64,000 nt of DNA from Piromyces finnis finn (Eukaryota > Fungi > Neocallimastigomycota): positions 248,001 through 312,000 of the forward strand of contig MCFH01000060.1 of assembly GCA_002104945.1 (NCBI GenBank). Reading direction: 5' to 3'. Shown here piece by piece: positions 41,776 to 54,144 of the stretch. The notes beneath the pieces are model-generated. The model was not told the origin of the DNA and searched no databases. It was given only the letters and a program-made list of their open reading frames with translations. The position numbers and the translations under genes were made by a program. The stretch's first letter is position 1, and the number at the start of each line of letters is the position of its first letter.

Positions 41776-43576
41776 TTTTGTCAAAGATAAAATGTTGGAA
41801 TTTTAAATATTATTAAAATTGAATTATATTGTTCTTTGAAGACAATGAAAACACAATGAGAACAATGTAAAATTAAAAATGATATTGTTTTCTTTCTTTT
41901 TTTTTAATTTAAATTTAGTAGGACAAAATTAAAGAAATTGAAAAATAAATTAAAGCTATTGTTTTAAAAATAAAATGAGAAAAAAAAGAGAACAATGGCT
42001 TTGTATTTATATTCTCTCCTATGCAACTTTAAGAATTATAAAAATCAAAAATTTAATATATCAAAACATTATAAAAAAGAGTTTAATAATAAAATAAAAA
42101 AAATAAAAACAAAGTTTTAAGAATAAATTAAAACAACATTTCAATTTATTTAAATTCACCTATTGGCTATTTGAAATTAAATCAAAGAAAACTTTTCATT
42201 TATTTTATATTATTTTATATTATTTAATATTTTATTTTATTGAAGAAAAAAAAGATATTTTTTATTATTTCTAAATAAAAAGTAGTCAATAAAAAATTAA
42301 TAACAAAAATTAATATAAAATTAATATATAATTTAATATAAATATATTAAATAAATAAACATTAATAAGAAGTAATCTCCGATTGCAAACAAGTATTAAA
42401 AACAAAATAACTATTTATATGCAAATATTTTATAAATATTTTATTTTTTAAGAAGATTTTTCAATTTCATTCTTATACTTCTATATCAAAATATTAATAT
42501 AATATATATTGGTCTATTGATAAAATTAATGATCATCATCATCATATATTGAATAAGAATATGAAAAATAAACAATAAATTATGATTAAATTAAAAAAAA
42601 GTATATGTATTTTAAATTTGATAGAGTTTTATAATAAGTTTTGTGTTGAAGAATGTTGTTTTATTAATTTCAATATTTTTTATCTACCATAAAAATGAAA
42701 ATATTTATATAAATCACCTTTTATAATTTATGAAATTACTATAATAATATTTTTTTAATACTATTAAAGCTATATTTTATTTACGCAAGTGAATATTATT
42801 CAATAATTAATTATTCACTAATATGACTTTATGATTATTAATGCATTTTCACCGTTATTTAATTGTAAGTTACATTGTTTATGTAAAATACTAAAGATAT
42901 ATTAATTTACATAATAATGCTTTTATATCAAAAAATTATAAAAAATCAAACATATAATTACAAGTAATATAATTAATTTAATAAATAAAAATAATTCCAT
43001 AAAATTAAAAAAATTATATGAAAAAAATAATTGGAAAATAATGAAAAATATAAAACAAAGAATACTATTAAATGTAATTCACAAAGTAAATTGAAAGGTA
43101 TGGAGGACATAGAATATGATATATGGAATTATGAATAAATAAATTGTATTACTATATTTCATAATTTATTTATACATAATTCCATATATCATATTCTAAT
43201 ACAAAAACATGCAATAGTTTAAAAGAGTAATTTATAGAAATATATTATATGTTTTTTTTTTCTTAAAAAACATAATATAATTATAAAAAAAGTATTATCT
43301 TATTCTTAAAATAATAATTATTATTACTATAAACTAAGTTATTATTATTGAATAATATCTTTTCTTTTTATCTTTATTATTATAAAAAAATTATATAATT
43401 AAATTAAATAAGATAAAATTAAAATATTTTTTCAAATATATTTAAAACTTATTTTTATTGTATTAGTATTAAAAATGAAATAATTCGATTTAGGATTAAT
43501 TTTTATTAAATACAATTAAAAAAATTATAAAATAAAAAAGATAATATATATAAAAAGTATAAAACAAAAATTAAAA

Positions 43577-43658
43577 CGTCACCTGCAGGACTCGAACCTG
43601 CGCTCCCAAAGGGAAATGGCTTAGCAGGCCACCGCGTTAACCACTCCGCCAAAGTGAC
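43577..43658 (-). tRNA. tRNA-Ser(GCT), 82 nt, long variable arm
   Basis: Reverse complement GTCACTTTGGCGGAGTGGTTAACGCGGTGGCCTGCTAAGCCATTTCCCTTTGGGAGCGCAGGTTCGAGTCCTGCAGGTGACG folds as a cloverleaf with anticodon GCT and discriminator G73. Confidence 0.97.
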
Positions 43659-44941
43659 TTCAAATTTCATATTAAATGATACGTTGTTACTATAAAAATA
43701 AGAAATAATAATAAATTATAGGTGAAATGTGAAGATATTAACTGGATTTAAAACAAATTCAGATAATATCTATAATTAATTAAACATAATAATTATAATT
43801 AAATAATTTCAATAATTATTTTAAAACACTTTTAAAAGTCACCTTTTAAATTTTGATTCAGTGAAAGGGTTATGATTTCAAAAATTTAATATCAATACAC
43901 TATAACCCTTAACCAAAAATAAGCAAGTACGAAATAAGGTGTAACTCGCCAAAAACGATCGCTACGGCTGTAAGTGCTACGGTGATGAAACTAGGTTTAT
44001 TGGAAAGCTTAGGAAGAAAGCTACAATTTGGTACAATCGCGGTCCTTCTAACTGATCATTTAAGGAAGTTATGATCATTTAAAGATTTTATTAGGTAAAT
44101 TAAAATCAATATGATATCAAGTATGGATCATAAATATTTCTTATGACTTGATGAAATTAAAAATATATCAATAGGAATTTTAGTTATATTAATTTAATTA
44201 ATGATAACGATTGTTACTAAAAATAGAACTAGACCCATTTAGGTGTAACAGTTAATACCTATAAATTAAATAATCTTAATTATTATAAAATAGGTTAACG
44301 GCAAGTTTTATTAGAAATAATTTTGAAAATAATAATTATTTAATTATAACAAATATGTTATGGTAATATCAATTAATAATGATGAATTATTAATTGAATA
44401 GTTTTTATAATTACTAATTAGGATCAACTGTTTAAATGATTAATCATATGTTTATTTTATTTTATGTCATGACAAACAAACAAACAAACAAACAAACAAA
44501 CAATCTTATTACTTATTTAATTATATTACTAATATATTACATGTAATACTTTATTCTTATTAATATCAATTTAATAATCTGAACAAAGAATATAAAAGAG
44601 AATGAATTGAATTCGATTTTAATTCTTTGTAAAGATTATAGTTATAATCTTAATTATATAGTTACTTATAATATCATTTATATTATTATTATTAAATAAA
44701 TAAAAAATTTATAAAAAGTTATTTTAAAGTAAATATAAATTTTTCATTTTTCATTTGAGTTTAAGGTGTTATTTTATAATTAAATTTAATTTCTTAAAAA
44801 ACATTTTTACTATATAATTAATAACATTCTGACCTGGCCGCATAACCAAACCCAAAAACTTAACATGAAAATAGGTTAAATTATAATAATAATTTAATTC
44901 TTACATTTAAGTAATGTAATTAAATATGTACAAGAATTTAT

Positions 44942-46098
44942 TCAATGTAATATAATTAATAATAGTATTATAGCGGAGCTTTTGTTTACTTTTATTTTTT
45001 CTAACTTATTTAGGTTTCTATTAGAGGTTTTATCATCCTCAAATAAGTTAGATATTTTATTGATAAATTCATTATAAGATAGGGATCTATCTTCATAATA
45101 AATATCACTACAAAGATCCTTTGAGTTACCGGTAGTAGCAAGCAAAGCAATTCTCTTCTTTTCTTTTTCAGAAAGAGCTAAGTCTTCTAAGATATCTTCA
45201 AGTTCCATTTTCCATCTGAAGAACTTAGTATCTTTCTTGCCAAGAGGGCTTATTTCTTTAGCCATACTAGCGGCTCTTTCAAAATTGTTTTTATTTTCAG
45301 TCATATTTAGTAAATAAATAAGATAATTATACTAAATATACTAATTAATAGGAATTATTTAAATTTTCGGCTTTCCCACGGGACGACTGAGGTTCTCCAC
45401 CACTTGATAACGGATTGGTAGTTATATTACAACTTTTTAACTACTTCTTCTGTTATCTTATATTGTTTTATCTCGACAGCTATTGTACGAGCTTTAACAA
45501 TATCTACTAGTTTTATTAATTTATTTTAAGTTATTTTATAATTTTAATAGTTTTATTATTTTAATAATATTTATATAGAATAATAACACCAGATTTATTC
45601 TATAAAATATTATTTATTATTAACACAATAATTACAAATTAGACAAGTTTAATTTCGTTTTTATATTTTCTTTTATTTATTGTTCTTACGCTCTTTTTAA
45701 CAATAATTTTTATTATATAAAAACTTATTTTTTGTCTTTTAAATATTATTATGTATTCACTAATTAATTATATTAACTATTATTAAAATTTAACTTATTA
45801 TTAGTAATCTAAGTCTTCTTATTTTCTACTAAAAAATATTATTATTCTTTATATTAAAAATTATTTTTATAATTTAACCCAATCAAATATATAAATTTAT
45901 AAAATATTTGATTTTATGTAAATTATATTTTTATAATAAACTATATAAAATTATTTAATAATTATTTTATAATAAAAATTTCTACTAATATCAAATGTAT
46001 AATATATTTATAATTATTATTTATCATAAATTTCCGTGAATTTTTACTAGAAAGTGATATAAACTAAAATATTGAATATAATCTAACCTATGTTATCA
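44942..46098 (-). mobile_element. Truncated LTR-retrotransposon relic: putative 5' LTR (45405-46098), tRNA-Ala PBS (45385-45402) and gag fragment (44942-45304)
   Basis: Candidate LTR termini TGATAAC...GTTATCA, followed after 2 nt by TGGTGGAGAACCTCAGT and a gag-like ORF (FFRWKMELEDILE...YNEFINKISNLF). No pol or second LTR is seen. Confidence 0.55.
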
Positions 46099-47004
46099 TT
46101 ACATTCATCAGCACTTTCAACTTAATTATCCTTTTTTTGTTTACAAAAGTATATAAATTCATAAAATTATTAATATTAAATTTTTATATTTAATTATTTT
46201 TCTTGAAGATTATAAATTAGTTAGTTAATAAACTAATTAGTTAATGATCAATAACATTGTACAAATTTTACATATCAATATATTTTATTAATATATTGAT
46301 TTAGATCTAGATATTTTCAAAAAAAAAAATAAAATATTTACAAAATATTTAAAATATTTGCATATAAATAGTTATTTTGTTTTTAATACTTGTTTGCAAT
46401 CGGAGATTACTTCTTATTAATGTTTATTTATTTAATATATTTATATTAAATTATATATTAATTTTATATTAAATTTTGTTATTAATTTTTTTATTGGCTT
46501 TTTATTTAGAAATAATAAAAAATATCTTTTTTTTCTTCAATAAAATAAAATATTAAATAATATAAAATAATATAAAATAAATGAAATGTTTTCTTTGATT
46601 TAATTTCAAATAGCCAATAGGTGAATTTAAATAAATTGAAATGTTGTTTTAATTTATTCTTAAAACTTTGTTTTTATTTTTTTTATTTTATTATTAAACT
46701 CTTTTTTATAATGTTTTGATATATTAAATTTTTGATTTTTATAATTCTTAAAGTTGCATAGGAGAGAATATAAATACAAAGCCATTGTTCTCTTTTTTTT
46801 CTCATTTTATTTTTAAAACAATAGCTTTAATTTATTTTTCAATTTCTTTAATTTTGTCCTACTAAATTTAAATTAAAAAAAAAGAAAGAAAACAATATCA
46901 TTTTTAATTTTACATTGTTCTCATTGTGTTTTCATTGTCTTCAAAGAACAATATAATTCAATTTTAATAATATTTAAAATTCCAACATTTTATCTTTGAC
47001 AAAA

Positions 47005-48736
47005 ATGAATGATCTTTGCTCTTTAGAAAAGTAAGTATTATAAGTATTATCATCCATTATTCATTATTCATCACATTTCAATTATCAATTATATTTAATA
47101 CTTTAGTAGATCTAATAATATTATAAATATTTATAAATAAATGTTTATTTATTTAATTATATTATTTCTAACATAATTATATTATTATTTTTATTCTATC
47201 TATATATATCTATATATAATATAATTTTTATTATTTTTATTATTTTTATCATTATTATTATTTTTATCATTTTTATTCTATCTATATATTCTTTATATTA
47301 ATGAATAATAATCGAAATTCAAAATTTTTAGTCCACTTAATGCATATCTTTTAAAGCAAGAAGAATTTAAAAGATACATTAACGATATCCATCAATCTTT
47401 AAATTCAAAAGAATATCTTAATCAAGGTTATAATCTTGATGATTATGTAAAATCAAAATGGAATATTTCAAAGTAAGTAAAAATAAAAAATATAAAATAT
47501 AAAATGGTATAAAGTATATATAAATTATTAAATATTTTAAATAATTAATAATATTATATTTTATTATATTTTATTTATTATATTATAATTTATAGAACTC
47601 AAGCCTATCGTTATTTACTTTGTGCAAAAATTATTGATCAACTTGAAGAATTTAAAATTCAACCAAGTATGTATATTATATGTATATTAAATAAACATTA
47701 TTTTATTATTAAATATATATATAAATATAAATATATATAAATATAAATATTTAAATAAAATGAATAAATACTAATATGAAATTTCAAAATAATTCAAGAT
47801 TATGAACGTTTATGCAGATCTTTAAATAAATATGCTAAAACTACTCAACAAATAAAACTTTTATGGGGAATGATTCTTAAGAGGGTGAATAACAATGTCG
47901 ATTTGATTACAAGTACTTTGGTTTCTAGAATTTGGAATGAACTTTGTAAAGACAAGAAATATTCTCATATATGTCATTATGAAGAATCAATCATGAATAA
48001 AATTGAAATGACCATTAAAGAACATTCAAAAAAGTCAAAACAAAGCCAATTAAAACCAATAAATATTAAAAGAAAAAATTCAAATTCATATGATCATCAT
48101 AATCAAAATGAAATTCAAAATGAAAACAATAATTGCAATAACTGCAATAACTACAATAACTGCAATAAATACAATAATAATGAAACTAGAACTACTTATT
48201 TAACTAGAACTACTTATTTAATATCACCAAAAGATTCATCTTATATTCATGAAATTTCATCTCAATTAGTAATCATTCCATCGAATGATAATATTTGTAA
48301 AAATATTAATGAAAATATTAAAATTAATCAATATAAAATTGATGATCAATATGAAAATAATGAACAATTTTTATTAATTAACAATAGCGGCAACAATAAT
48401 AACATTTTTTCTTTATCTCCAATAATTTCCGAACCTTCACTTTCTCCATCATCTTCCTATTCATCTTTATCACCATTGACCCCAAATGATGAAATAATCA
48501 TAACACCAACAATTCCAAGTAATGAAACTATGTTCACTCCAATAGTTTCAAGTAATGATGATGTCTTTACTCCAATAATTCCAAGTAATGAAACTTCAAT
48601 GAATACTTTTTCTTCCTATCCAAGTAATGAAATTAATTTATTATCCATTGAATCTAACCAATATTACAATGAAAATCAAAACATTCCAATTTATTATACA
48701 ACTCCAAACAATCAACAAACAATTTTGTATTATTAA
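47005..48736 (+). CDS. Four-exon lineage-specific gene, copy 2, ~391 aa. Exons 47005-47030, 47332-47472, 47596-47666, 47799-48736.
   Basis: GT-AG splicing yields MNDLCSLEN-PLNAYLLKQEEFKRY...DDYVKSKWNISK-TQAYRYLLCAKIIDQLEEFKIQPN-YERLCRSL...KLLWGMILKRV... All exon lengths preserve the frame. The first exon is the least certain. Confidence 0.75.
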
Positions 48737-50144
48737 ACATCTTATTTTTTTGGAAATTTTTATAATTGAAAAATAGAAATTTTATAAAATTACTATTATT
48801 AATACAAAAATTCTTATTAGAATTAAAAAAAAATAGAAATGTTTAATATTAATTTACTTTTAATTAATAAAAAGAAATCATTAAGAAAATAATTTATTTA
48901 AATTGTTCATAATTGTAGTAATAATAAAATGTTTAAATTAATTACAAATTATAAAAAAATGTATAAGTATATATATTACTATTATAAATTACTTATAAAT
49001 ATTTAAAAATAAATAAAATTTCATTATTATTATTAGCATTAAAGAAAAAACTTATCATTAATTACAAACAAAAAAAATAAAAAAAAAAATTAGTAATTTT
49101 ACTTTTTTCTTTTTTAACAATAATGAAAAAAAATTGTGGCTTAAATAATTAAATGTAAATCAATTAAAATACATTTAATCAAATTACGTACATTATCAAT
49201 TAAATACAATTATGTATGTATGAAAATATAAAAATGCTAAACTATTAATAATAATAACTTGATGTGATTAATAAGTATTTAGTATTTTATAATTATTTAT
49301 TATTTTTTTTCTCTTTTATTAATAATATAATATTTTAAAAATAGCTTTTTTAATATGAATTTAGCAGCAACAATATAAATGACAATTTTTATTGACCATT
49401 TTTTTAATTATATTAATTTATGAAAAAAAATCTATTTTTAGGTTAATTTTCAAATAAGAAATTTTATTGGGAAAAGTAAATATAATTAAAAAAGGAAAAT
49501 AGAAAATAATCTTTTTTTTTTTGAATTAATTATATGAAATTTTAATTTTTTATTTTTAAAAATAAATGTTTAATATTCAATAATATTAATAAAAACTTAT
49601 AATTAGAATATTTATATATTTATATAATATATTTATTACAAACTTCTACTAAAAATATAAAGTAATGAATGTTAATTAATTAATAATTAATTAAAATATA
49701 AAAATATTTTTATAAATTATCATTAAAAAAACTATTTCATTAATTTATTTATAAAAATATATCTTAATTAATAACATAAAAAAGTATATATAAAGAGTAT
49801 TTTATTTCTTTCCTTTTTTTTTTCTTCGTGCTTTTCAAATATAAAAAAGTATTTTTAAATACTAAAAAAAAAAGAAAATCACCAATTATTGTTAAGAATA
49901 ATTTATCTCATTTTTCAACTTTTTTCTTGATGATGTTTATATACCCTTTATAAATTTCATTATGAAATTTAAAATATAAAAATATACCCCTAAAAACTAC
50001 CTTGAAAAAAATTTAAGTAACTGATAAATTATTCAACTATTTTTTTAGTTAATAAAAAAAAATAAGATTTCTCAAATGTGTTATTTAGAGCTTGCTCCCC
50101 AACAATATTTTTTATATAATTCAGTAAAAATCGGAAAGTGATTT

Positions 50145-50755
50145 GGTACAAAAACAAGGCGGATTCTCTAGAAGATGAATTGACTAGCGCTTGAACCAAA
50201 TTAAATTCTTTCTCACATAGAAAAAAGATTTTAGGTACAAACTTAAGGCGGATTCAGTATCTTTTTATTGTTTGATACATATAAAAGAATAATGAATTGT
50301 CGTAGCGCTTAAACCCAAAGTCTTAATTAAAAAGAAAAATATGGTATATCAAGAGCGGATCATGTTAAGAAATATTATGATTGACTAGCGCTTGAACCAC
50401 TTTTTTTTAATAATAATAACATTATATATAATAATGGTAAATGAAAAAATTAAAGGTACAAACTCAAGAGCGGATTCAAATCAATAAATATTCATTATTT
50501 TTGATAAAAAAATAATTATTATTTAATCAATGAATTGTCGTAGCGCTTGAACCTTTAAAATATAATAAATATATTATATTTATAAAAAAAATATGAGAAA
50601 GTTTAAAAAAAGAGCGAATTAAATGTAATGTTAATTGTCTTAGCGCTTTTTGCTTTTTTATATTTTTTATTACTATGGTACAAACTCAAGAGCGGATCCA
50701 TATAGTAACAAAAATAAAAATTATTAATTATGGATTGTCGTAGCGCTTGAACCAT
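50145..50755 (+). ncRNA. Tandem array of six conserved bulged stem-loops (candidate novel structured RNA)
   Basis: Units at 50145-50197, 50234-50315, 50343-50398, 50455-50553, 50598-50656 and 50677-50753. Consensus GGT-N(4-7)-CAAG(A)GCG-GATYC-[variable]-GRATT-G(T/A)C(K)TAG-CGCTTG-A-ACC, with multiple compensatory substitutions. The structure is well supported; RNA identity and strand are inferred. Confidence 0.7.
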
Positions 50756-51154
50756 ATTGAAAAATAAATTAAATAATAAATAAAATAATAAATAAAAAAA
50801 AGTTAAAAAAAATTTTTTTTTTTTAATGTGTTGAAATTTTATTAATATTTTTTGCTGATTTTGAGATAAGTAGTTTTTTTTTTTTTTTTTTGAGTATTAT
50901 ATAAAGTTATTATAATTTGCTAAATATTAAAAATTATTATTTTTAAAACTTGTTTTTGAAACTTGTTTTTGAATAAAAAGATTACTCTTTAAACAAAAGA
51001 AAATTTTAATTTTATATCAAAAAAGAGCTTAATTTATGTTATTAAAATAAAAACAATGAAAATAAAGGAATAATATTTCATTTATATAGAGATATTTTGG
51101 TTTATTATGAAAAAAAATATTAATTTTTTATTGAATAAATATAGAAACTAAAGA

Positions 51155-51950
51155 TTTTATTAAAATTTGTTATGAATACCCAGAGTTTACCTATGGTTTC
51201 TACTGGCTATTAAAAGCAGAAAGTGGATACAAGTTGGATTATAGAACTGCAAAAGCTGCTAAATTTGTTGATCCAACTTGTCCTAACTACTACTGTCCAT
51301 GTTGCAAGAGTTGAGATCAAAGTATTAATCATTAGTTATTAGATTGACTAGCTTTTAGAGATATCTGTATTAAACATTAAAACTCCATAGTCCAACAATA
51401 AAATTTTTAGTCAACGTAATTCCAACAATCCTATCAATAATGATGAAAATATTAATATCAGTAGAGATAACAATAATATTAATAGTAATAGTAACAATAG
51501 TAACAGTACAAATAGTAATAATAATAATAGTAGTAGTAGAAGTAATAAAAAGTTTTAACAATATCAATTGCAATTCAAGGGAATAGAAAGAACTTTGCAA
51601 GTGTCAAATTCAATCGGGCATTTACGAAGGAACACCATTCTTGACGGTAACAGCGGAATTTCTAACTAAAATCATGCCTTTTGCTATTAGCCAGCAATGG
51701 TCAATGTTCAAAAGGTTTGAATCAACATCCAAGAGCGTCAATGCTGAAGAAACAGTAAGACAGGCCAAGAGGGCCGCAACCAATGGCGATCATAATTTTG
51801 TTCCATGACAAAATTTTGATCTTTGGCTCGGTGTCCCATTGGAAGTCAAATACAATTATTATACTTTAGTATAATAGTGGCTTTCTTACTTTAATTAAAA
51901 TTACTATAATACATTATACCCAATTTTTATTCATTTGTGTTTATTTAAAC
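51155..51950 (+). mobile_element. Degenerate 3' fragment of a non-LTR (LINE-like) retrotransposon, copy B
   Basis: YPEFTYGFYWLLKAESGYKLDYRTAKAAKFVDPTCPNYYCPCCKS*DQSINH*LLD*... ending in ...RAATNGDHNFVP*. Homologous to copy A, which lacks a ~170-bp segment present here. Confidence 0.65.
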
Positions 51951-52113
51951 ATATTTTTTTTATTTTTATTTTTATTTTAATTTTTATATTACATGTATTA
52001 TAATTTTAATTAAATTAATAATAAAGTTTAAAAAGATTTGATGCAGTTAAAAAAAATGGATAAATATATAAATTTAAACAAAAATAATAATAGAATACTT
52101 TTTGTTTTATACA

Positions 52114-52117
<4 letters not shown>

Positions 52118-52210
<93 letters not shown>
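52118..52210. repeat. (ATT)n microsatellite
   Basis: Directly visible. Confidence 0.95.
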
Positions 52211-52211
<1 letters not shown>

Positions 52212-52411
52212 TTTAAATATTAAGTAATTATTAAATAAAAAATTACATTATAAATAAAAACTTTCATATATACAATATTGTTTAATAAATATCTACAAAT
52301 TAATAATATATAAATTCTTAATAGACACTTTTATAATAATAAAAAATATATTTAGTATTTATATATTATATTTGAAATTTACAATAAAATGCATATTTAA
52401 TACACAATTTT

Positions 52412-54144
52412 TCATTGATTTATATAATAAATTGGAATATTTTGATTTTCATTGTAATATTGGTTAGATTCAATGGATAATAAATTAATTTCATTACTTG
52501 AATAGGAAGAAAAGGTATTCATTGAAGTTTCATTACTTGGAATTGTTGGAGTAAAGACATCATCATTACTTGAAACTATTGGAGTGAACATAGTTTCATT
52601 ACTTGGAATTGTTGGTGTTATGATTATTTCATCATTTGGGGTCAATGGTGATAAAGATGAATAGGAAGATGATGGAGAAAGTGAAGGTTCGGAAATTATT
52701 GGAGATAAAGAAAAAATGTTATTATTGTTGCTGCTACTGTTAATTAATAAAAATTGATCATTATTTTCATATTGATCATCAATTTTATATTGATTAATTT
52801 TAATATTTTCATTAATATTTTTACAAATATTATCATTCGATGGAATGATTACTAATTGAGATGAAATTTCAGGAATATAAGATGAATCTTTTGGTGATAT
52901 TAAATAAGTAGTTCTAGTTAAATAAGTAGTTCTAGTTAAATAAGTAGTTCTAGTTTCATTATTATTGTATTTATTGCAGTTATTGTATTATTGCAGTTAT
53001 TGTAGTTATTGCAGTTATTGCAATTATTGTTTTCATTTTGAATTTCATTTTGATTATGATGATCATATGAATTTGAATTTTTTCTTTTAATATTTATTGG
53101 TTTTAATTGGCTTTGTTTTGACTTTTTTGAATGTTCTTTAATGGTCATTTCAATTTTATTCATGATTGATTCTTCATAATGACATATATGAGAATATTTC
53201 TTGTCTTTACAAAGTTCATTCCAAATTCTAGAAACCAAAGTACTTGTAATCAAATCGACATTGTTATTCACCCTCTTAAGAATCATTCCCCATAAAAGTT
53301 TTATTTGTTGAGTAGTTTTAGCATATTTATTTAAAGATCTGCATAAACGTTCATAATCTTGAATTATTTTGAAATTTCATATTAGTATTTATTCATTTTA
53401 TTTAAATATTTATATTTATATATATTTATATTTATATATATATTTAATAATAAAATAATGTTTATTTAATATACATATAATATACATACTTGGTTGAATT
53501 TTAAATTTTTCAAGTTGATCAATAAGTTTTGCACAAAGTAAATAACGATAGGCTTGAGTTCTATAAATTATAATATAATAAATAAAATATAATAAAATAT
53601 AATAAAATATAATATTATTAATTATTTAAAATATTTAATAATTTATATATACTTTATACCATTTTATATTTTATATTTTTTATTTTTACTTACTTTGAAA
53701 TATTCCATTTTGATTTTACATAATCATCAAGATTGTAACCTTGATTAAGATATTCTTTTGAATTTAAAGATTGATGGATATCGTTAATGTATCTTTTAAA
53801 TTCTTCTTGCTTTAAAAGATATGCATTAAGTGGACTAAAAATTTTGAATTTCGATTATTATTCATTAATATAAAGAATATATAGATAGAATAAAAATGAT
53901 AAAAATAATAATAATGATAAAAATAATAAAAATAATAAAAATTATATTATATATAGATATATATAGATAGAATAAAAATAATAATAAAATTATGTTAGAA
54001 ATAATGTAATTAAAAAAATAAACAATATAAATCTACTAAAGTATTAAATATAATTGATAATTGATAATTGAAATGTGATGGATAATGAATAATGGATGAT
54101 AATACTTATAATACTTACTTTTCTAAAGAGCAAAGATCACTCAT
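52412..54144 (-). pseudogene. Four-exon lineage-specific gene, copy 3, frameshifted and 3'-truncated
   Basis: Near-identical to copies 1 and 2. It has a 1-bp deletion in the NNC/NNY repeat at ~52988, a third 18-bp RTTYLT unit, and homology ends at ~52425. Confidence 0.8.

Noticed and set aside
49928-50024. TGATGA ... CTGA pair upstream of the array as a C/D snoRNA
   Set aside because: No terminal stem, no credible D'/C' boxes, and only low-complexity A/T sequence in the guide position.
50145-50755. Reading the array as CRISPR/TIGR, integron attC, hammerhead/twister/pistol/HDV ribozyme, H/ACA or C/D snoRNA, or Y RNA
   Set aside because: Spacer lengths are highly variable and there are no cas/tas genes. 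The ends are GGT...ACC, not RYYYAAC...GTTRRRY. There is no CUGAUGA/GAAA or other ribozyme core I recognise, and no H/ACA or C/D boxes. UUGACUAGC resembles a Y RNA 3' strand in only two units and lacks the GGUCCGA partner.
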